From the NCBI GenBank assembly GCA_000165345.1, contig CM000432.1:1024001-1088000 (forward strand): a DNA stretch of 64,000 nucleotides, written 5' to 3'. Made by a program: the position numbers and the translations under genes. Below, one piece after another: positions 43,151 through 52,702 of this stretch (the first letter of the stretch is position 1; the number at the start of each line of letters is the position of its first letter). Under the pieces are notes generated by a model, which was not told the origin of the DNA, did not search any database, and saw only the letters and a program-made list of their open reading frames with translations.

Positions 43151-43481
43151 TTTAAATTGTTAAAAAAAAAAGTTACCTAGATTCCCTCTTTCTTTCCTAT
43201 TTTCTCCTCTGCAAACTCTATTTCTCAGCTTTTAACACGAATTCTAATGGATCAAAAGAATAAATTAACCTAAAAGTAAAAAATTCCAAGTATCTCTTGT
43301 TAATGTAACTCTATAATAATTTATTTACATTTCATATTTAGCCAATCAAAACTTTAGGTAAACGCTTCCTTTTGAACTTAAGCACATATATGTGCTTTGT
43401 ATACATTTAATTTCGCACTTTACTTTTGGAATACCTCCGAACCTTCTTGAATTTTCTTATTTACTTATAAACGATCTACAT

Positions 43482-43522
43482 GGGCGCAAATACATGTTTG
43501 AGGGGCCAGTTTTGGCGGCAAT
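43482..43522. promoter_or_regulatory. GGGCGCAAA and TTTGGCGGCAAT elements upstream of the 40610..43150 gene (-)
   Basis: Degenerate E2F-like sites 330-370 nt upstream of the ATG at 43150. Confidence 0.4.
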
Positions 43523-45496
43523 TTAGTCAACCAATTTAATTTTTGGCTTTCTTGTATAAAAAAAGCTGGAAATAGACTGGGAATCTCTTGGTATATTTCT
43601 TTTCATAACTTGATTTTTCCTACTTTTAATTAGATTTGAGTAGTTTGGGTTTGGAGACTCTTCATTTTTGGAAGTTTGTTCTTCAGATTCCTTTACTTTC
43701 TCTTTTATTGCGTTTAGGCCATGCCTGCCTTCAATACTCATATTTCCGAATTCGTTTCTATGGAGAATCCTAGAAGATGGCCGTCTGATATTTGTTTTTG
43801 AATTCGAGGTTATAGAGGAGTTGCTGTGCGCTCTGTTTTCCTGGTTAGTTTGAGATTTTTTATCACCTTCATTAAGCGATCTTGCAGTTTTTTTGTCTTG
43901 AATAAGCTTTGAAATATAGGAGAAGGACTCCTCGTTGTTTTCTGTATCGCTAAGAGTTATAGTAGGGTTCGCAATATTAGAAGAATTTGGCGTTGATGAG
44001 TTAGGTTTCTTCCCTGTATCTGAAGTATTTAATGCTTGGCTCAGGCTTCTAAGTTTCTCTTTTAAATAATTGCATTCATTTATCGAAGTCGTATTTAAAT
44101 CATTAAGTTGATAGCATTTAGCTTTCCATTTGCTAGATTTCTCTTTAAGCTGATCATACCTACTTGATAGCTTGATGAATGCATTGGAAAGTATTTTTAA
44201 TGCTTGAAAAGCGTCTTCTCTTTTTTCTAAACTATCACCTTCAAATGGATTAAATCCTATTAAGTTAGATATCTGATTTGTTTCATCTTCTAGAACTTCA
44301 ATATTGGTTTGGTCGTCCTTTATTTGACTGTTTATTGTTAAGTCATCTTGAAGCCTTTCTCCCATAAAGTTATTAATAGCATTATTTGATTGTAGAAAAG
44401 TATATTTTCGATGTAAATCCGAATATTTTTGGTTCATTTCTCCAAGCTCATGGGTTGTCCTGTTCAAATCTTCACGTAAAATTTCGTTCTTTCTTTCCAA
44501 GCTCTCAATCAAGTCCATCTTTACCAATACCTTTGTTTTCTCATCATTAAGCTGTTTACGTAATTCTTCATTTTCTTTTGTTTTTGCTTCGGATTCATCT
44601 GTCAATGTTTTTTGTTTTAACCTGCAAGCAATCTGTATACACTCTCCTGTACTTTTAGAATTAACTATATCTTCTTTTTGAGAGCATTGGAATTTCTCCT
44701 CTGAATCCTCTAAAACCAAAGTCTCATCTATTGTAATGTTTACTAAATCACAAAGTGTAAATACTGAACATGGAACTCTACATAATGGGCATGTTGGCTC
44801 TCCGTTATCACTCAATAAATAGTTCAATCTACCCTGAGCTATATTTGAATTCTTGTTAGAATCACACTTTGATAGCCAAGCATCAATGCATTGTTTGTGG
44901 AATACATGTCCGCATACTGTTATTACCGTTAGGTTTCTAGTTAAATATTCTCTACATATTGAACAATCTGGAATTCTTAGCTTTTTAACTTCTTGTGAGT
45001 TTTCTTTCTCGTTTCCTTCTTTCTTTATCAGTCTTTTAATAAGGCTAATATCTTCTTTTTCATCAAAGTCCTCTCTCAACTCCTCTTCAAGAAGGGAATT
45101 ATCCTTAGCTATCCCTAAGCTATCGTCTCTGTAAGTAGATTCAAAAAATTCCCTACCTTGAGATGATTCATTTGAGTGAATACCTGAATAAATGTTTCCA
45201 CCAATAATTATATTGCTATTACTGTTGTTACCATTATTTCTACTTCTAAATTCGCTTTCATAAAGGGTTTTCGTATTATTCTTAATTGTATTGTAATTAC
45301 TAATACTGCTGCTACTGGAACTACTAGCACTGCAACTATTGCTAGGATTGCAGTTAGAAGAATTATTTAGAATACCAATAAACCCTGGATGAGTATTTGA
45401 ATGATTAACACTGACTTTTTTCAGTACTTTTTTAATGCTATTTTTGGAAATCCTATTTATATATTCATTATCTAGTAAAATATTGTCGCTATTCAT
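43523..45496 (-). CDS. RING-finger plus coiled-coil protein (E3-ligase-like, TRAIP/RNF-like architecture)
   Basis: The RING motif is CSICREYLTRNLTVITVCGHVFHKQCIDAWLSK...CPLCRVPC. An about 250-aa coiled-coil region follows (LKQKTLTDESEAKTKENEELRKQLNDEKTK). The track start 45538 is TTG, with the first ATG at about 45496. The N-terminus is poly-S/N-rich. Confidence 0.8.
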   Translation of the reverse strand: MNSDNILLDNEYINRISKNSIKKVLKKVSVNHSNTHPGFIGILNNSSNCNPSNSCSASSSSSSSISNYNTIKNNTKTLYESEFRSRNNGNNSNSNIIIGGNIYSGIHSNESSQGREFFESTYRDDSLGIAKDNSLLEEELREDFDEKEDISLIKRLIKKEGNEKENSQEVKKLRIPDCSICREYLTRNLTVITVCGHVFHKQCIDAWLSKCDSNKNSNIAQGRLNYLLSDNGEPTCPLCRVPCSVFTLCDLVNITIDETLVLEDSEEKFQCSQKEDIVNSKSTGECIQIACRLKQKTLTDESEAKTKENEELRKQLNDEKTKVLVKMDLIESLERKNEILREDLNRTTHELGEMNQKYSDLHRKYTFLQSNNAINNFMGERLQDDLTINSQIKDDQTNIEVLEDETNQISNLIGFNPFEGDSLEKREDAFQALKILSNAFIKLSSRYDQLKEKSSKWKAKCYQLNDLNTTSINECNYLKEKLRSLSQALNTSDTGKKPNSSTPNSSNIANPTITLSDTENNEESFSYISKLIQDKKTARSLNEGDKKSQTNQENRAHSNSSITSNSKTNIRRPSSRILHRNEFGNMSIEGRHGLNAIKEKVKESEEQTSKNEESPNPNYSNLIKSRKNQVMKRNIPRDSQSISSFFYTRKPKIKLVD

Positions 45497-46122
45497 CTTC
45501 TTGGTAGGATAAAAGTAAATTAGAAATTTCAAACCCAATCAAACTTGCTATATTGCTAACCATAACATAAACTAGAAATTTGTTTTAACCTTCAAGATCA
45601 TAGCCATAATCTATTAGCAAATATTTACTTGAGATATTTAATTATATGTGAATAAATATATATATTTTAAAGTGCTAAAAAAATACTTAAAATAGCTTTA
45701 AGGTTGTCTGGTAAGTCTCTTTACATTAATATGAGTTAATTTCCACTAATTTTGCTTTCAACTAAATGTTATTTTAAAAAATAATAAAATATTAGTAATT
45801 AGTTTTTATTTACATACATTTTATTATTACTCACAGTATTATCTGACAGCCGCCACACAATACACGTAATAATTAATTAATAGTAATTGAAATACAAAAA
45901 TAAATAATCATAGTAATTATTATTGTATTAGAAAATAAATAACAACTTGGGAGATTTAGGAAGCTCAGTCTTTAAGTTATTGATATCTGAATTTTAGAAG
46001 CTTGAGTCTTAATAGTCCAAATTGAATTCAATAATTACAAAAAATAAAAATATTAAGATTGATTACTAAAGAAGAAATGCAGTTTATTTCATGTAATATT
46101 TGATATGAATAATACAAAATAA

Positions 46123-48630
46123 ATGACTTATATTAGAGGAATATGGCTTTTTGGTAATGCAATAAAAGAAGGTATACTTGAATTAATTTTGAGTAAAAGG
46201 TTTAAATCTGTTGAAAATAGGGTCAAAAAACTTTTAGAAGAAGAATATGTGGACATTCCTAATGATAAGGATATATTAGAATGGTTTAAATTTAGAGTAT
46301 TGTGCGAAAATGTGGCTGAATTTACTGCAGCAAAGCTACCAAGTATATTTAAAAAAAGTTCATCCGGAGTATTTACCATTGATAATTTGAAAACTTCAAC
46401 TATTAATGAAAAAGATCAAGTAGATCAGAAAACTATAATAAATATTTCAGAAAATAATTTAATTCACTATATGAATGTAAGTGAAGGAAAATATTTGTGG
46501 CCATTTATGTACTCCTACAGTAATGGATATTTTATTTTAATATTAATTTCATTGGAAACCAGTATTTCAGAAGATCCAGAAATCCTAAGAATTTATAAAA
46601 AAGGCTCTAGAAATCGTATAAATGATTTGGACAATTTAACATTAAAGTTGGTGGAATTTAGGGTAGGAATTCAATTACTTGAGGACTTATTTGAATTACT
46701 TGGAATAAACCAGGAAGGAGAAATGCTAGAAGTTAGTCATATTCTCGAAGTTTGGAGAATATTTATGCCATTTGGATGCCCAATGATGGATAAAAAAGAG
46801 GTAAAAGATTTAATTTCAATTTCAGAAAACAAAGGTATACCAAACTATTTGGCAAGCCTACTTAAAGATAACTCAATAGAGTCCTCAAAGATACAAGAAA
46901 AATTAAAATCTATTAATAATGAACAGAATCAGGAAAATAAGAAAAACGAGTCAATACTACATGGAAGCTTTTATCTAGATTCTATTAGCAAGTTGTCCAA
47001 TGAGGAAGAGCAACAATTAATACAGGAAATGGATGCAACTTTGAGCCTGAATGATGAATATATTCCAATAATTCCCAGCAATATTCCAAATAATCAAATA
47101 ATCTTTGGAGAAATGTTAAATATTGGAATTGGGAAACTTTCTTTTAAAGCGAAAAGTTCAAACGATCAATCTTCTTTAAACTACTCAATGAAATTCACTC
47201 TTATTGAAACAATATGCTGCTTTGCAAAGAAACATCCAATGATTACTCAAATTGAAAATGGAGATTCAATAACAGAAGGAGAAGACTCTATGTCTAACTT
47301 TATTAAGAAAATTGGAGATCCATATGCGAGCTTCACTTCTGGAGCTCTGGAGTTTTTTGGAAAGCTCCCAAATTCTGTTTCAATATCCTGTAATGTCATT
47401 CTTCCGTGGCAAAAAGTGACTTTAGAATCAAATTATGAGAATGATCAAGAAGTAATTTATATTCAACCCTACATTTCTGTTAAAGATAATATTTCATGCA
47501 CTAAATTAAATGATGAATTATTTGATTCAAACCAAAAAACCTTTACTCCTATTAGGCATAATTCCGAGATTTATATGCCTTCAAATGAATCATCTACTCC
47601 TATATCTAGATTCAAATTAAGTTGGAATAGCTCTCAAAGCAATTCTTCAAAAATTTTTACTTATTGGTATCCATATGAATTGGATATCCCAATTAAAGGC
47701 TATTTTACTATTTCTCCAGAATCTAAAGAACCTATCAAACAAATTACCCAGTCTCAAGGTCACTTTAGACCTATTTTAACTCATTCATTCCAAATGGAAT
47801 ATTGTCTTTGTTTTGACCCTGCAATTGTAAAAGGAATGCAAGTTTGTCAAGTCTCAATCCCACTCTTACCAGGAACCCTGGAAAGTATCAACAATAGTGG
47901 GAACAACAGCAGCTTTAGTAAACAAAATATACCAAGCGTAATGATATTTAGTCATACCCTTAAATCTAGTATGGGTCAAATAATCATCTCAAATGACAAG
48001 AAACACATTATTTGGACCATCAACAACCCCAAAGAAGTTCTTGGAAAGAACGGACTCAATAAGAAATTTTCATTCATCCAATTAAGAATGTATGGTAGTA
48101 TTAAGCTTAGAATAATATATAAGGAAAATAAATATAATAGGACTGGGAACAACTTTTCATCACTTCAAGGGCAAGCTTTTAATTCTCCAGCAATTAACTC
48201 ATATTTGCTAAATATTGGCCTTGAAACAGGAATTCCAAGCTATTCACAAAAGTTCCTTGAGAAAATAAATTCTAATAAATATAACGAATTTTTATATTCT
48301 GCTCCTGATCCTTTTGGGGCCGGTATACAGCCATTTCTAAATTGTCCAATTAAAGAAATAGATCCTATTTGGTTGATTGAACTTCATCCTAAAATTGCCA
48401 AGTTCTCTGAGAATTCTAAAAAACTTACTCAGAAGGAAATCTATTCGAACTTGGTTGAGCTTATTTTTCCCTATTCGCTCTTAAACTTTACAGTATGCTC
48501 AACTGAGACAACTTATAGAGGAGTTAATATACCTCCCAGTTTTATAAATATTAATCCCAAAGCTCTACAATTTGAACAACCTGAAATTTATTCAAATTCT
48601 GGAAAATACATTATTTGGAGAAATACTTAA
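46123..48630 (+). CDS. 835-aa protein with a longin-like N-terminus and a C-terminal mu-homology-domain-like region; a divergent adaptor mu-subunit or muniscin-like protein is a tentative call
   Basis: The N-terminus MTYIRGIWLFGNAIKEGILELILSKRF fits the longin-type start of AP mu/sigma subunits. The C-terminal KHIIWTINNPKEVLGKNGLNKKFSFIQLRMYGSIKLRIIY resembles the mu-homology motif (..iiWkI..f.G..e..l). It is much longer than canonical mu subunits, so the assignment is uncertain. Confidence 0.7.
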   Translation: MTYIRGIWLFGNAIKEGILELILSKRFKSVENRVKKLLEEEYVDIPNDKDILEWFKFRVLCENVAEFTAAKLPSIFKKSSSGVFTIDNLKTSTINEKDQVDQKTIINISENNLIHYMNVSEGKYLWPFMYSYSNGYFILILISLETSISEDPEILRIYKKGSRNRINDLDNLTLKLVEFRVGIQLLEDLFELLGINQEGEMLEVSHILEVWRIFMPFGCPMMDKKEVKDLISISENKGIPNYLASLLKDNSIESSKIQEKLKSINNEQNQENKKNESILHGSFYLDSISKLSNEEEQQLIQEMDATLSLNDEYIPIIPSNIPNNQIIFGEMLNIGIGKLSFKAKSSNDQSSLNYSMKFTLIETICCFAKKHPMITQIENGDSITEGEDSMSNFIKKIGDPYASFTSGALEFFGKLPNSVSISCNVILPWQKVTLESNYENDQEVIYIQPYISVKDNISCTKLNDELFDSNQKTFTPIRHNSEIYMPSNESSTPISRFKLSWNSSQSNSSKIFTYWYPYELDIPIKGYFTISPESKEPIKQITQSQGHFRPILTHSFQMEYCLCFDPAIVKGMQVCQVSIPLLPGTLESINNSGNNSSFSKQNIPSVMIFSHTLKSSMGQIIISNDKKHIIWTINNPKEVLGKNGLNKKFSFIQLRMYGSIKLRIIYKENKYNRTGNNFSSLQGQAFNSPAINSYLLNIGLETGIPSYSQKFLEKINSNKYNEFLYSAPDPFGAGIQPFLNCPIKEIDPIWLIELHPKIAKFSENSKKLTQKEIYSNLVELIFPYSLLNFTVCSTETTYRGVNIPPSFININPKALQFEQPEIYSNSGKYIIWRNT

Positions 48631-48943
48631 TTATAAATTAATCTAAAAAAAAACGGAATTAGTAAACGAAGTAATAATTATTTATATATTTACTTTAGTT
48701 AAATTAATTATTAATTTTTACACCACACTTTATAATGTTTATTTGTTATTTGTAATTTTCAAATTTCAAGTAATTTATTTATTAAACCTGTAAAAATATA
48801 TGAAGGATCAACAAAACCTTAGTTATAAACACTAGTAGGCTAGATTTTGCCAGTATTAGATCATAAATAAAAATCTTTAAATTCTAAATATAATTAAATT
48901 TGCTTTGTTTTATACTATACAAATTAATATTTAAAAACAAAAT

Positions 48944-49618
48944 ATGAAAATATCAATTCGAATTATTTCATTTTTAAGCTCAATCCTTTTGTTAAATGGA
49001 ATAGAATCACTTAAATTTAATGAAGAATATATCAGAAAGAACACAAAATCTAACATTAAGCTTGATAATATCCAAGAATCTCCACTTTTAGAATGTACTG
49101 ATGCTTTAAATAGTTGGTCTTATTTTGCAAAAATGACTGTAAAAAAATTATTGGACGATGAATTCAAAAAGGATGAGTATATTTTCTTCCTTGAAACTTT
49201 AATTCCTCAAATTTCTACAATTGATGAGAGCTTTAATCAATGTAGAACGGAACTATTAAAATACAATATATCAACAAAAAATGAAACGAGCCAATTTAAA
49301 TTAGAAATGAAATCCAAAGGTGAGAAAGAAATGGTATTCAATACAAAAAAATCAGTAAAGGAAGTTTTAAAAAGAATAGAAGAACTTAACAAAAGAAATG
49401 GTGATATAAATGATGCTAAAAAATTAATATTAAACTTTGATTCAAGAAATATTTGTACTGAATGTAATATATTTTCATCTCAAATGGCTCTTATTAGTGT
49501 TATTAAAAGATTGAGATTAATTTACAATTCTTATATTACAGAGCTTGAAAGTAATATTGACCCTAATATACTTGAAGAGATAGAAAAATCTGAAAATAAG
49601 ACCATGAAAGAAAACTGA
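48944..49618 (+). CDS. small secreted protein (signal peptide), K/E-rich with several Cys; no known domain
   Basis: ATG at 48944. MKISIRIISFLSSILLLNGIESLK is a signal-peptide-like N-terminus. Confidence 0.6.
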   Translation: MKISIRIISFLSSILLLNGIESLKFNEEYIRKNTKSNIKLDNIQESPLLECTDALNSWSYFAKMTVKKLLDDEFKKDEYIFFLETLIPQISTIDESFNQCRTELLKYNISTKNETSQFKLEMKSKGEKEMVFNTKKSVKEVLKRIEELNKRNGDINDAKKLILNFDSRNICTECNIFSSQMALISVIKRLRLIYNSYITELESNIDPNILEEIEKSENKTMKEN

Positions 49619-49713
49619 TCTTCAATATTATGTTAAGTATAAATGGAAAAAAAGAATAAATGATTAAAGTAATAAAGCATTATATTCAATAATGTTATCT
49701 AATGTTATCAAAT

Positions 49714-50533
49714 CTAATCAAATATATATGTAACTTCAGGCTTTCCATTAAACTTAACACTTGAAGTAGCAGCTTTGGCAGACGATGAAGAAACTGAAGA
49801 TATTCTAGAATTTGCTGAAGAATAAAGTCTATGAATACTATTATCTTTGGATTTTTGCTCGAAATATTCTCTTAGAATTGGATTACTAGATTTGTTTGAT
49901 CTATTATTAAAACTAGTAATCTTTACGTTCTTTGGTTTGAATAGTGGATTATGCGTATTAAATATCGGAGTACTTTCTAAAATATTAATACTACGCTTTG
50001 AAGAGGTATTGTTTTTACTAGAATATGAACCGCTATGAAGTGATAAAGTTCTTCTATTTGCTTTGTTCAATTCAGTATTAGTGGCTCTTTTAACTTTAGA
50101 AACTCCAATAGATTTAGATCTCTTCAATATATGAGTTTTAAACTTCTTCTCTGCATCTTCTTGATTTCTTATGAAGAAGTCTCTATAGTTCTCATTACTT
50201 TCCTTCTTACAAAGAATTTGTTCATTATTGCTATATCTTACTTTAACTGCAGTTTCCCAAAGTGTATCCCAAGTCTGCCCAGCATCGTTACCAAACATGT
50301 TCTGTATTCCTAAATTATTCTTTTCTGCTGCAAGAAGTTCATAGCAAGTAGATCCTTTGAATATTAAATAGATTAAGTTCTTTGATAAATTCTTTTCTTC
50401 CAAACATGTAATAGAGTTTCTGATTGTTCTTAGTTTGTTCACGCAGATAGTTACTAATGATGGAATATTTTTTTTTACTAGAAAGTGATTCTCTAAGAAG
50501 TCCTTTACATGAAAGTCTTGAATTATTACTCAT
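49714..50533 (-). CDS. hypothetical basic S-rich protein; the 5' end is uncertain (two overlapping frames)
   Basis: The track ORF 49714..50442 begins at GTG with no ATG. An ATG ORF at 50533..50339 (MSNNSRLSCKGLLRESLSSKKKYS...) overlaps it in another frame, implying either a frameshift or an unconventional junction near 50440. The C-terminal half is S/N/K-rich. Confidence 0.5.
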
Positions 50534-51454
50534 TTCTATACTATTTAATGCAAATTAGTCATTCACAATTAGTATAATTAAATTACAAAATGTAGTTCTG
50601 TAAAGGTTTAATTCTATTCAATAATCTAGTATTGTATATAGGACAAAATATTTTTTCCATTCATTAAGCCCTGGCAATTCCTAAGGAAAACTACTCATAA
50701 CTCTACACTTTTGTTTAAAGGACTAATTAAATTCTAAATATTCCCGCCAACAGATAATTTATTCATTCCCTCTATTGCATGCAATTTAATGGAGAGATTA
50801 AAAAATCAGACCCTAATTCGATAATCGAGAATTTTGAATATTTAAATTAATAGCTTAAGTACCTCAATTTTTAACATTTGCAATAATTAAGTATTTTATC
50901 TCGATATATTTAGAGATACAAGCAATTAACTTATTTTTCACTGTTTAGAGTGTTAAATGTCAATTACTAAGTTATAATCAAACTTTTTTTTTTAAATAAG
51001 TCATAAACACAATATAAGATTTATTTTAAAGAATGATAACTATCACAATATTAATTTTGAATGTGATTGTTCTTGTGCTTGTGTTAGTTTTGTTAGTACT
51101 TGCAGTTAAGAAAAATTAGGAAACAAACAAACAGAAGGAAAACATAACAAAATAAACATTAAGCTCAAACTTTAGAATAACAATCAAAGAAATTGAAGCA
51201 ACTCAATATTTTCAGTCAATCCTTGTTGATATAGATCGTCAAACTTAATCTTTTCGTCACTTCTTGTTTTGTTTCATAATTAATTGAAATACCAATATTC
51301 AAATTTATAATTTTGGAAGCCAATACTTATATTCAACTTAATTATAATTTGTCTTCAGCTCAAGCCATGCTTTCTCTGATAAATCTTATTCTAAGGCTGA
51401 AAAGAAAGTGGAAAACAAAGATAATGTAACATTATTAATTATATTGAACAACCT

Positions 51455-52315
51455 TCATTTTGAAGATAAATGGAGTATATCCTTAGTAAAAGCATTTCTG
51501 ACAGCTTCATTATTAGAAAGAAGTGCATTTTGAATTTCAGTTTGTAATTCTTCTTCATTCATTAGACCAAGATGATACTGCCTAACGAAATTTAAAAGTG
51601 AAAAATATGAATCTCTAGGAAGTACTTGGCTAATTCTATTCCAAACCCCACTTTTGCTAACTGAGGATTGAACTATATCACTACGAGGGGAATTTCCAGA
51701 TCCCGTTTTTTGGTGACTACTAATTAATCCTCCGATATCCTCTGTACAGTTTTCGAAGCATAATTCGCTATTATTAATTGTAATAAAGTTGCTTGGATGA
51801 TGAATTGCTTCAGTAACTAATAGATGTGGGATTTCTTTAATTTCAACATTTTCACATTGTTCTGATAATAGAGATCTGTTGTCATCTTTATCATGATTTA
51901 ACTCATCGTTTCTTTTTTTACCATATTCATGATTAGAACAAGAAACATCTCCATATTTAGCAAGACACCTCTCCAATTTAGCAAGTGATAATTCTTGTTC
52001 TCCTTTTATTTCTGAAATTTCTAGATAAAACTCTTCTAATTTACTATCTCTACTTCTATTTTGTGTCTCTAGTGCATCTAAAATGTTACAAAGCTCATTT
52101 TTTTCTGTTTTTAATGCATTTAGCTGCTTATTTGTAATATCAAGCTTGCTTTTTAAATCTTGGATTTTTTTATCTCTAGAAGTTATTTCATATTTGAGAT
52201 TCCTAATCTGCTCTTCATATTCTCCCACCAAGCTTCTAAATGCCTGATCTGATAACTTTAAAGCTCTCTCTTGAAGAGAGTACCAGTCATTTGTTTCTTT
52301 TACTGGATTGTTCAT
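51455..52315 (-). CDS. coiled-coil protein with a small helical C-terminal domain (UBA/CUE-like by eye)
   Basis: ATG at 52315. Heptad-rich segments (IRNLKYEITSRDKKIQDLKSKLDITNKQLNALKTEKNELCNILDALE) are followed by a C-terminal helical segment ...YHLGLMNEEELQTEIQNALLSNNEAVRNAF. Confidence 0.7.
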   Translation of the reverse strand: MNNPVKETNDWYSLQERALKLSDQAFRSLVGEYEEQIRNLKYEITSRDKKIQDLKSKLDITNKQLNALKTEKNELCNILDALETQNRSRDSKLEEFYLEISEIKGEQELSLAKLERCLAKYGDVSCSNHEYGKKRNDELNHDKDDNRSLLSEQCENVEIKEIPHLLVTEAIHHPSNFITINNSELCFENCTEDIGGLISSHQKTGSGNSPRSDIVQSSVSKSGVWNRISQVLPRDSYFSLLNFVRQYHLGLMNEEELQTEIQNALLSNNEAVRNAFTKDILHLSSK

Positions 52316-52702
52316 ATAGTATTAAACTGCAAAAAACTATTACTCTAGTTTGAAAACCTAGAATATACTTTAGTGTAAAAAAAATTCAAGGGAAAAATTA
52401 TTTACCAAAGCTTAATATTAATTTATTCCAAAATTTTGTGTGTATTATTATTTATTTTTATCATTGGATTTTAATGTGTGACATTTTATTTTCATGGAAA
52501 TTACGTGGTCATTTTAAGTAGATAAATAAATTATTAAAATATTTCTATATAATAATAATAAATTAATAAGATAATATAATTTGAGTTAGTTTCTTTTTTA
52601 AAGTCTAATTAGGTATTTCTATTCAACATCTTACTTAATGCTATTTTCAGTATAATTTTTTAGAATAAAAATTTCTATTAAATATAAGAGATTTTGCCTA
52701 TG

